Positions 41,564 through 52,232 of a stretch of 64,000 nt of DNA are shown one piece after another. Both the position numbers and the translations under genes were made by a program. Where the stretch lies: NCBI GenBank assembly GCA_964016885.1, contig OZ024744.1, forward strand, positions 44,516,001 through 44,580,000. Reading direction: 5' to 3'. Source of the DNA: Eledone cirrhosa. Its lineage: Eukaryota. The notes under the pieces are model-generated. The model saw only the letters and a list, made by a program, of their open reading frames with translations, was not told the DNA's origin and ran no database searches. The number at the start of each line of letters is the position of its first letter. Positions within the stretch are counted from its first letter, which is position 1.

Positions 41564-44500
41564 TTATATTACTGCATAGCTTACGGGGCCAATGCACCTT
41601 TCGCCCAGAACGGGTCGTAGTTCTGTGTGTTGATGGGGGGGGGGAGAAATAGGCCTATGTGGCAAAGAAAAAGAAGGGGGCATTTGAGTTTCAAGTGTCA
41701 TTGTGTCATTGTCCAGGTTTGCTCGTTTGAGACGATCAACGGAAACCGTTTCCCTGGAACCCTGAATGTCCAGTGTGAAATGTTTGTCTGTGCGAACAAG
41801 CACACGATAGGGTCCAGAGTACGGCCGTTGAAGAGGGGGTCTCACGGCGTCGTCTCTAACGAACACATGTGTCTACAAGGCAATATCCCTTGGGACGGCA
41901 GTTTTTACAGTCTGCTTCCTAGTGCCCATCGGTGGTAGATCCTTGAAATAAGAGTGAAGCCGGGACACGTAGGAAGCGGGGTCCTGCGAAGTCAGGTCAA
42001 AAGGAGCCAGCATTTTCCCCGGTAACGCCAGAGGAGTACTATAAACTAATTCGGCAGAGGAGAACCCAAGGTCCACCTTTACCGTCGACCGAATACCCAA
42101 CAACACAATAGGTAGGTACTCGCTCCAACGTGAAGAGTCCATGGAAGCCCTTAAGGAGGCTTTGAGCTGCCTGTGGAATCTTTCCACCATTCCGTTTGAG
42201 GCTGGGTGGTAAGCCGTGGTTCTTATTCGAGTAGCCCCCAGGATTTGGGTTAATTCTCGGAAGAGGTTAGACTCAAATTGACGACCACGATCCGTTGTGA
42301 TGGTGGTTGGTACACCGAAACGAGCGATCCATGAAGATACGAGAGTACGGGCTGTGGTTTCAGCGGTGATATCTGTTATAGGGATGGCTTCAGGCCAACG
42401 CGAAAAACGGTCAACAATCGTCAAAAGATACGAAAAGCCACGACTAACCGGCCACGGGCCGACGATGTCCACATGAATGTGACGAAATCTTGCATCGGGG
42501 CAGGTGAAGGTTCCGAGAGGAGCCTTAACATGTCTATGAACTTTCGCTTGTTGGCAAGCAACACAGGAACGACACCAAGCAGCAATGTCACGTCTCATCT
42601 CAGGCCAGAAAAATCTGGCTGTTATGAGTTTTACTGAGGCTGATACTCCTGGGTGAGAAATGCCATGTAAAGCGAGAAACGCAGTTCGTCGATGTTCCAC
42701 TGGGACTAGAGGTCGTGGTGAGTCCAACGAAACATCACACAGTATTTGTCCGTCAGCAGTTGAGATCGGAATGTATTTCAGTTTGCACTGTACAAACTCT
42801 GGCGATGTAACATCCAACGATTCGAGAGTGGGTTGGGCAGCTGCCATTCGATGTAAACCTATCTCCTCGGAAGACGAAATCGATGCGATCGGCAGGCGAG
42901 ACAGCGCATCGGCCGCTGTATTCAAAGAACCCGGAATATGTTGAATGTCGTTCGTGAACTGTGAGATGAAGTCCAGATGTCTCGTCTCTCTGGGCGAATA
43001 TTTGTCTGCTTTAGTTCGAAGAGCAAACGTCAAAGGTTTATGATCAGTGAAAATGGTGAATGTTCTACCTTCAAGTACATGAGCAAAATGTTTCACTGAT
43101 AAATAAATTGCTAATAGCTCCCTTCCAAAGGTGCTATAGCGAGTTTCGGCAGGCTTTAACTTCCTCGAAAAGAACTCGAGTGGTTGCTGTACCCCATCAT
43201 ACTTCTGCTGTAAGACTGCGCCCACGGCGCTATCCGAAGCATCAACACATAGCGATAGCTCGGCGTTGGGTACTGGGTGGGCGAGCAAAGACGCGTTCGC
43301 TAACGCCTTTTTCACTTTTTTAAAATCCTCAAGCTGCGTTTTATTTAAGGAAATGTCCATATTCTTAAGCCGGCAACCCTTAAAAATGTCTGTCAACGAG
43401 AACAGGAAGTTGGAACAACCAGGTACGAATCGCCTATAAAAATGTACAAGGCCCAGGAATTGACGCAATTGTCGCAGTGAACTTGGCGGAGGCAAATCCG
43501 ATACTGCCTTAACCTTCTCAGGAAGAGGTCGAATACCATCGGCGTCAATCAGATGGCCTAAAAATGTTAGTGAAGTCGAGCCGAAAACACACTTGGAAGC
43601 ATTAATACGGACATTATATCTCTGTAAACGACGAAATAGGGTATCCAGATGCTTTGAATGCTGCTCAGGGGGAGAACTAGAAATCAGTACATCATTGATA
43701 TACGTGTACACAAAATCCAGGCCCCGAGTAATATCATCCATAAATCGTTGGAAGGTACTTGCAGCATTTCTAAGGCCGAAAGGCATAGTGAGGAACTCGA
43801 ATGCTCCAAAAGGAGTGGCAATAGCAGTCTTCGGAATATCCTCCTTGTTAACCGGAATTTGATTATAAGCACGAATCAAATCAAGCTTAGAAAAGATTCT
43901 GCAACCTTGCAATGACGATGCAAAATCCTGCAAATGCGGGATTGGATAACGGTCAGGCACAGTAATCGCGTTTAAGCGTCGCTAGTCACCCGTCGGTCTC
44001 CAATCACCAGAAGATTTAAGTACCATATGTAGAGGCAATGCCCAAGGACTTGTGGAACGCCGAATTATTCCCAATTCCAGCATGTGGTCGAATTCAGACC
44101 GTGCAGCTTTCAACTTCTCTGTAGATAATCTTCGAGGACGTGAGAAAACAGGTGGATCTGTAGTGGATATAAAGTGTTCAATCGCATGATCCCGGCTAGT
44201 TATTCGTAACTTTCCCTGCGTCAACTGAGGGAATGAATGTAACAGGCTTTGATACTGGTTGCCCACTTCAGCCAAGTAAAAGGAAGGGTTGACAGTGGCG
44301 ACGTCCGGCTCTGAACCCTCGAAAGAAAGACCTGTTTCAGCATAAAAAAGGCGTTGTCTGCGAATGTCCACCAACAAGGAAAAATGGTGGAGAAAATCCG
44401 CTCCCAAAATGGCGTATGGCAAGTCGGCGATAGTAAACTTCCACTTCAAATCACGCCGCAAATTTTTTAACCGAAGAGGAAGCGAAATTTGCCCGTACGT

Positions 44501-44680
44501 TCGAATGGCCGTGTGGTTGACTGCTCGTAGATTTATATTTGTTTCAGCTGGGCTTTTTTTGAGATAACTGACTGGCCAAATACTCAGCGACGCGCCAGTA
44601 TCGACAATTTTTTTGACCGCAGGTCGTATACGAAAAGATGGCGGTTCGGTCGGTTTTCCCAGAGTTCACTAGCCGCCCCT
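41564..44680 (-). pseudogene. pol: Pol (protease, RT, RNase H, integrase)
   Basis: VDTGAS; WRPTGD*RRLN; [13 protein letters not shown]; MPFGLRNA; YIND in place of YIDD; VDASD..RELLAIY..FTDHKPL; HPG..CVAC..HVDIVGP..TDRGRQF..VERFHR; GPY. In-frame TAG at 43982 and 41873. Confidence 0.95.
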
Positions 44681-45202
44681 AGTGCCTCAGCTTTGCGTTT
44701 CCCGATCTCTTGTAATTACAGGGCGTGCGACAACGTTGTGCCCTACTGCCGAAGTTAGCATGATACCAACACAACGAAGAATTATTGTTGTCTGCGTCGT
44801 AGTGCTGGCGATGAATAGAGGACGGCGGCGAACGATACCTCAAACGTTGAGAAGGCTCTCTGTGATGTACAGTCAAATCTTCTACCTTTTTGGTGAGAGC
44901 TTCAATCAACTCCAACAGTTTGCTGTCGGCCACAGAAGAACTGCGTGGGGGGACGCAAGCTGAAGCCACATAAAGATTATGCTGATTGCTGTTCGAGTCC
45001 ACCTCAAGTATTTTATCCGCGGACGCGGCAAGTTGCTCTAACGACTCCTTCTCTAAACTATTAACCAAAATCCTTTGCGCACTTGGCGGTGGACCTTCAG
45101 CTTATGCTGTTCTTTTGTCTTGGTTAATTCAAAGAAACATTCCAGCTGCGCAAACCACAACTTGATGTCGCCTGCGAAGGACGGCAAATGATGTTGACTC
45201 AT
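44679..45202 (-). pseudogene. gag: Gag, internally deleted, with CHCC motif
   Basis: MSQHHLPSFAGDIKLWFAQLECFF ... LEQLAASADKI ... CWYHANFGSRAQRCRTPC (C-X2-H-X9-C-X3-C). Confidence 0.88.
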
Positions 45203-46086
45203 GGTGCCACGTATTTGATGAATTTTTGGTGTTGGTTAATATTTAGCCAGGTGTTGCTGCTGATTGCTGGTAATTGGTGGTAGCCGTTTTGAAATACTGC
45301 AAATTTTTTTTCTTTAAAAAAAATATTCCAAAGAAAATTTTAATAATAAAAAAAATCATTTTCTATGAAAATTAATGGTAAGAAAATCCAAGATGGCTGA
45401 TTTAAAAATGTGTCCGTGATGAAGAAGCCGTCATGTGGCACGATGCAGCCAATCCGATGGCTGGGATTGGAGAAGACAAGCTGAACGCGGGAAAACAAAA
45501 TATCTGAGTCTCCATTTGTAATTTCCACAAATGTTGAAAGCAAAATTCTATATCCAGAGAAATCCTTTTTTTTTTTTTTATTATTTTTTTTTTGTGTTGT
45601 ATTTTTGTGTTTGTCTGTATGCGTGCTTCAACAAATGGAATATTATGAATTTTATGGACTTACGCTAAGTGATTCGAACATTCCAAATGTTAAGCCATTC
45701 CACATTGCCGTTAAAACGAATGGCGAATTCAAATAGGCTGCGTTTTCATTCTTTATCGTCAGGGTCGCCAATAAAGGAAAGGGATGTTTCTCTTTGTTGA
45801 ATAAATAAATGAACAATCAAATCTAACAATCATTTTATTAAATGCGATAAATTAGTAAATTTCCTACAACGTCAATATTTTGAGGAGCGAATCTTTCCAC
45901 GTCTGTTCATGTCCGCGGTCCAAAGAGAGTGAGTGAACCTGCGTCTGTGTCGGGATGTATTTTTGCCTCCGCTCTCTGAAGTGTTGTTAAGGGGAGGCAA
46001 CTGCTAGTTGCCAAGCGACCATCTCAGCCACTACAATCCTGTTAAGGGTGAAAGCACCGATTCTTTGTTTAAACTGTAATCTGTTA

Positions 46087-46136
<50 letters not shown>

Positions 46137-46282
46137 TATATTCGTGTACAGATATTTTTGCATACACAAAAACAAAATATAAACAAACGTATTTATTTCA
46201 CGAAAGCACAGACGGCTTATCGTCATTGTTACTGCCGATATGCCACCCAAAAAGTCCTAGCCTGGCCGCAAGATCAGAGAGA

Positions 46283-46469
46283 CTAAGCTTCGCGATTACC
46301 ATCAACAAAGCTCAGGGTCAAACCCTAAAAGTGGCTGGTCTTCATCTGGGAAAAACAAGATCCATTGTATGTAGGATGCTCTAGAGTGAGCTCGCCAAAC
46401 AATCTCTTCATCTTTGCTCCCGAGGTCCGAACAAAAAATATTGTATACTCTGAGGCTCTAACAATGTAA
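46283..46469 (+). pseudogene. Helitron PIF1-like helicase C-terminus
   Basis: LSFAITINKAQGQTLKVAGLHL and LYVGCSRVSSPNNLFIFAP..TKNIVYSEAL. Confidence 0.88.
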
Positions 46470-46747
46470 TTTATGGTTGTACAAATTATTGTAAAGTTTG
46501 TTAAAAAAATGTGTTCTCTGTTCAACCTTTATTGTTGTAACTATCAATTTTCTTTAACGTACTGGCTGAGAAAAGAAACCTACAATGAAAGAACATCTTA
46601 AAGTTTACCCAAGCCAAATGTTGTATTTATTAAAATTTCTACCTGCAGATTCTTAGCAAGCTTACTGGCGCTTTAGTATGGTATTCAATTCTCATATCGT
46701 TTTTGATTGATATGGTGCATGTATCGCAGCTATTTATGTTTTAAACA

Positions 46748-47090
46748 TTAGATAACGATTGGGTCATCTTGATCATGTCCCTTAGGGTTATAGCTGATCC
46801 TATGGCTGTGGGACGCCTTAGGTAGCGCTGAGTTATAGTAATCAGCGTTACTATTGAAGATCTCTTTATTAGCCGACAAGTTAGAGATCCTGTCAGAGAC
46901 ACTCTTAACTACGGCCGTAACTATAGATCTAGGGTGATTGGACCCAGCGTTGATATACACCAGCTTCTCATTGGGTTTATGATATGGGTGGTGTAGCTTG
47001 GTGTTGAGGTTGAGGGTGGTGTCCAGGAAATTCACTATTTTTCTATTGGGTTCCATCTCTACCTTAAGTCCTACCTTGCTAAAGGTAGGA
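46748..47090 (-). mobile_element. Penelope RT C-terminal fragment
   Basis: IVNFLDTTLNL..PYHKPN..SNHP..RISNLSANKEIFN..YYNSAL. Confidence 0.85.
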
Positions 47091-47315
47091 CATATATATA
47101 TGTGTGTGTGTGTATATTTTTTCTCGCGAGTCAGTTCTTTCGTTGCTACAGTCCCCGCGGCTAAATTACCGGTCGCTATCTTCCATTTCCAAAGCTCTTT
47201 AAACGTAATGTTATTACTCTAAGGTTTTATACCTTATCGAGTGCTTGGCTGTACTTTCTGATTGCATTTGTTGGCTTAGCTGCGGCTCGAGCTTCGATTA
47301 TGCTGTACTTCCATT

Positions 47316-47356
<41 letters not shown>

Positions 47357-47357
<1 letters not shown>

Positions 47358-48094
47358 TATTAGAATTGGTGCTCTGAAATAGCAATATATATATGATTGT
47401 ATATATAGTGTATTTTGCAATACACTGTATGGTTAATTAAAAGCATTTTGAAGACCATACGTTATTGTTTTAAAATAGTGACAATGTCACTTATTTAAAT
47501 TTTCATCAAACAGGGGAGATAAACTGACAGACCTCTGTTTTGTACTTGTTGGTACTTATCAAAGTTCACTACCCCTCCTGTTTGCCGAAAATTATGTGTG
47601 TTGGATTCTTATAGAATTCCAGTAATAATCAATAATTGATTATACAGAGCAGTCGCCGGTCCCCTGTTTGCTGAAAATTTAAATAAGTGACATTGTCACT
47701 ATTTTAAAACAATAGCATCTGGTCTTCAAAATGCTTTTAATTAAGTATACAGTGTATTGCAAAATACACTATATATACATTCATATATATATCGCTATTT
47801 CAGAGCACCAATTCTAATTTTCAATTTCTACTGGACCGGCGACCGCTCTGTATAATCAGTTCCTGATTATTACTGGAATTCTATAAGAATCCAACACACA
47901 TAATTTTCGGTAAACAGGAGGGGTAGTGAACATTGATAAGTACCAAAAAGTACGAAACAGAGCTCTGTCAGTTTATCACCACTGTTTGCTGAAAATTTAA
48001 AGAAGTGACATTGTCACTATTTTAAAACAATAACGTATGGTCTTCAAAATGCTTTTTATGAAGCATACAGTGTATTGCAAAATACACTATATAT
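47357..48094 (+). mobile_element. Retrozyme-like repeat, copy 2: inverted monomer plus ~1.35 tandem monomers
   Basis: 47664-47775 recurs at 47982-48093 (period 318 bp). 47357-47662 is an inverted, differently permuted monomer. Decayed hammerheads at 47929-47974 (+) and 47521-47566 (-). Confidence 0.85.
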
Positions 48095-48095
48095 A

Positions 48096-48228
<133 letters not shown>

Positions 48229-48300
48229 TATTCAAACAGAACTCAAAACGTGAGTTCTAGTTTTGAATATTATGTCACTATCTGTAAAAGAATTTTTGTA

Positions 48301-48361
48301 TTTTATCTGATGAGTGCGTACCAAAATGTTGGTACCCTTAAAAAATATATATAATAAAATA
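48301..48361 (+). ncRNA. Decayed type I hammerhead motif
   Basis: TTTTAT-CTGATGA-..GTACCAA AATG TTGGTAC..-AAAA (for GAAA)-TATATA-TA-ATAAAA. Same stem I/III type as 5396-5473. Confidence 0.55.
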
Positions 48362-49712
48362 AATATGGGTTTATAAAGATAGTTTCCATTTATTAATATC
48401 ATTTATATATATATACATACATAAAGAACTAGGAAACAATTACATACATTTTTCAAAAACTTAGGTATTACTTAGATATTACCTTAGATATTACCTTAGA
48501 TAACTTAGGTATTAACTTAGGTATTACCTTAGATAAAAACACTAAAAACGTTAACTTTCTTGATGCTACCCTTTGCCTGGACTCTAAAATATATACACCA
48601 TTTCATAAACCAAACGAAAAACTACTTTATGTGGATATCAACTCTAACCACCCTAACTCCATATTAAACTCAATTACTAAAGGAATATCAAATAGAATTT
48701 CTACTCTATCATATAATGAAACCATATTTAACAGTGATTCCCAATACTATAATGAGGCCTTAGCTAAATCAGGACATAAAAATGAAATTAAATTTTTACC
48801 CATAAAATCACCTAGTTACAACATTATTTCTCACAATATGGCCATGAAGAAAAATAATAAAAGTACTAACCACTATAACTATAGTACGAAGGGTAATATC
48901 AAATTTAACTCGCACCAAAATAAACACCCCAATAATAATATAAACAGAAATATAAACAAACCTCAAATAACATTACAAAAAACAAAAATAGTAGAACTAA
49001 TACATTTTTCAATCCCCCCTTTCAATCTAAACGTCTCTACCAACTTGCCTAAGGCTTTCTTCACAATCTTAGAAAAAAACTTCCCAGTCGGCCACAAATA
49101 CCATAATCTTATCAATAAAAATACCATTAAAATCTCTTATTCTACCACACCTAACATCGCGTACTATATATACTATATAGCTAGTAGTAATAAAAGGAAG
49201 ATTAATAATTATTTTCAACTAATTAAATCATAATACCAGAGCAATTCTAGTAGCAACAATAGTAATAGCACTAATGAAATTAATAACAAGGAGAATGATA
49301 ATCATCATTACCCTAATACTACCCCTAACAACCATGCATCTACACACCCTATTAACCAGCAAGTAAACAACCAGAATAACTGTAACTGTAGAACAAATAG
49401 AACGTGCCCCTTAGGTAAAAATTACTTAATCAAAGACATAAGTTACTCATGCACAGTCAATACAAACATCTCTTCAAAAACATATATCGGTTCTACTTCG
49501 ATCTGCTTTAAGACGAGATATAACTCGCATCTCACTTTCAAAAATCGCAATCTAGCCAACTCCACTTCTTTATCTAACTACATACACTATCTGAAAACTA
49601 AAAATAGACCATACACACTTCAATGGGTAGTAATAGATTAGGCCGCATCGTATAAACCCCGAATAAATTATAGCTTACTTATATTTTATTCAGTAATGGG
49701 TAGATAATAATA

Positions 49713-49895
49713 TAATTGTTTTTACTTTTGGCACAAGGCCAGCAATTACCCGGTTCATTTCTGGTACTTTATTTTATCGACCCGGTAAGGATGAAAAGCA
49801 AAGTTAACCTCGACGGGATTTGAACTCAGACCGTAAAGCGACGTAACTATGCTGGAAAGCATGGCGTCCGACCCTCTACCGATACTGCCAATTCA
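49713..49895 (-). mobile_element. tRNA-derived SINE
   Basis: Full-length homologue of 752-931. Confidence 0.88.
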
Positions 49896-49968
49896 ATGAG
49901 ACCTTTAATGTATTATAGGAGAATAGATTGTATTTAAAATTAAATATATAAATAAATAGCATTATATA

Positions 49969-50154
49969 GGATTGGCAGTATCGGTAGAGGGTCGGACGCC
50001 ATGCTTTGCAGAAAAGAGTTACGGCCCTTTATGATCTGAGTTCAAAACCCGCCGGAGTTAACTTTGCCTTTCATAGTTACGGGGTCGATAAAATAAAGTA
50101 CCAGTAATACACTGGAATAATTGCCGGCCTTGTGCCAAAACTAGAAATAATTAT
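49969..50154 (+). mobile_element. tRNA-derived SINE
   Basis: TGGCAGTATCGG A-box, GAGTTCAAAACCC B-box, same core and tail as 752-931. Confidence 0.88.
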
Positions 50155-50927
50155 ATAAAAGGGATTCACTTAAAACATAATATATTGTATATTAGCACAA
50201 GGAATCTAACTAATTGAAGCTGTAAACAACTATACATTTTTTCTATTATATACAAATTAATCACTAATTATCTCCCCTTTCACATTAGCTCCCCTTAATA
50301 TAGATCTGTAATCCACTTCCTGAAATTAAACCGTTAGACAAATCACACCAGAACAACTCAACTCTGGATAAGATTGTAATAGGACCAATATACAAACATA
50401 GTTGTAACTACTAATAAACATTATTAAAATATAACCAATGTAATGGAAAGGAAAACCTTATTATTAATACCCACAACACATGCACATTTGAACATTACCG
50501 GAACAATTATCACACTACATCCACTATAAACTTCATAGAAACTACTTTCAATACACAAATATCTCTGTCTGCTTAATATGCTTTTATACCTGTATTGTAT
50601 TATGTGATACCTTTGCCACACTGTAATATATATGCCTAGTACAATTGCTTGTTTCCTACCTAGCTATTCTGTACACGCCTAACACATTTGCACTCTCTAT
50701 ACGCTTGCATATGTACTGCTAATGTCCTCGTTTTGCGAGTAACTTTCTGCCTTAATTCCTATATAATTGTTATATTATTCTTTTGTAATCTTTGTCACAT
50801 CCACTGTTACTGACCTCAACATCTCCACTCTGTAAATATGACACTGTTGATGATAACATTAATATCTATGTATCTTTATGTTTGTTCTGTAGAATAGTAC
50901 GTTAATTATATGTCTAAACTTTGCTAG

Positions 50928-50974
50928 TGCTCCGATGATTCCAAACGAAAGTTTGGAAGAAACGATTGTCAGAA
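50928..50974 (+). ncRNA. Decayed type I hammerhead motif at the PLE 3' end
   Basis: TGCT-CCGATGA-TTCCAAAC GAAA GTTTGGAA-GAAA-CGATTG-TC-AGAA. Perfect 8 bp stem II with a GAAA tetraloop. Confidence 0.72.
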
Positions 50975-51153
50975 ATAAAATGTTTTGAACATAGTTTTGA
51001 TTATTCTGTAATTTATATTCCTGCTCTGTAAAACATCTGATGTATTTACGTTGAACTATTTTTCTTACTGGTAATAAGGTAGTAATGAATTACTGACCTT
51101 ACCTGGTTATAATTATATATAGTGTATATATAAGTATAAATAATATTATTATT

Positions 51154-51230
<77 letters not shown>

Positions 51231-51721
51231 CCAAATTCTAAGTCTCCCCACTTTAGCTTTGCCCTGCCAATACAACAGAACAAATACGAATAAATAAGGA
51301 AAATATGTTTATTCAAAAATATAGACCAGCATTAAATATAGTTTAATATACATTATGTTAACACCATAACATGCTAACCATCCAAACAGACACATACATA
51401 CACACATACACACATATCACTTTCTATATTCTAAAATAAAAACCAGAGCTAAATATACCTTAACATACGTTAATACTCTAACACCTTAACATGCTAACCA
51501 TACCCGCCACACAGACATAACTCCCTCCTCCATTTCTACTAACAGAATCATTTGCAATTGGAACACATGTATACTTATATCTGTGTTCATCTCTCTCATA
51601 TATTCAATTATATATATGTATATCTTTATATATATCCATATATCCATATATATCTTTATATATATACATATATCCATATGCAAATGACCAAGTTAGCTAA
51701 GTTGAAAAAATACTAACTTAA

Positions 51722-52225
51722 AACAATATGGATTGCCTGTCTCGATTTAAAGTAATAAATCAATAAAATTAACAAACATATACCGCGAAACAGCCTTTGA
51801 TAGCCAGACAAACCTAAATATGTTTCGCAAGGATTATTAAGTGAAAGCCACCATTCCTATGCTCATCAGAAGGTATCTATTTTTAGTTTCTAACTCAATC
51901 TATGATATTCTCGTCTCCTTACGTACAGCTAAATTTAGTCTCATAAACCCGGCTGCTATTTTTAGCGGCATCAGTATGAGACGCGCTAGGCGCTGCAACA
52001 TGTGCTTTTATATCGGCAAATCTTTCAGTCTTCTCAGATACTTTGAAGTAAAAATTACGAAATTCTGGATACCTACTGACGAGCACAGGAATGTTGGCTT
52101 TCAATTATTAATTCTTGCGAAACAGATTTAGGTCTCGCTGCGTATCAAAGGCTGCTGCCCGATATAGGTTTGTTATTTTTATTGATTTATTACTCTAAAT
52201 CAGAAATATACAGCATGCTATATTG
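51722..52225. mobile_element. Small element with ~155 bp inverted arms, each carrying a hammerhead motif
   Basis: Plus 52071-52133 reads ACCTA-CTGACGA-GCA..TGC-GAAA-CAGA-TT-TAGGT. The mirror copy at 51812-51874 has CTGATGA. Confidence 0.75.
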
Positions 52226-52232
52226 CCTCCAC

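Larger units (their letters stand above)
40869..46035 (-). mobile_element. CsRn1-clade Ty3/Gypsy retrotransposon, recent but defective
   Basis: 264 bp LTRs at 40869-41132 and 45772-46035 with 2 differences seen. 4 bp TSD ATCC. PBS TGGCGACCCTGACG. CHCC gag motif. Confidence 0.96.
40539..46500 (+). mobile_element. Helitron remnant, interrupted by family X and a Gypsy element
   Basis: A|TCTATACTATAA 5' end with a CGGCTGGACC..CAAATTT subterminal motif. PIF1 helicase tail at 46283-46469. The 3' CTRR end was not located, and linking the two parts is inferred. Confidence 0.6.
48430..51040 (+). mobile_element. Penelope-like retroelement 3, 5'-truncated and degenerate
   Basis: VNFLDATL..PFHKPN..SNHP..YYNEALAKSGH, PPFN, CNCRTNRTCPL, YIGSTSICFKTRYNSH. 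The 3' UTR ends in a hammerhead motif. Confidence 0.88.

Noticed and set aside
51480-51590. Possible small exon on the minus strand (YTCVPIANDSVSRNGGGSYVCVA, faintly EGF-like)
   Set aside because: Cysteine spacing is incomplete and no neighbouring exons could be linked.
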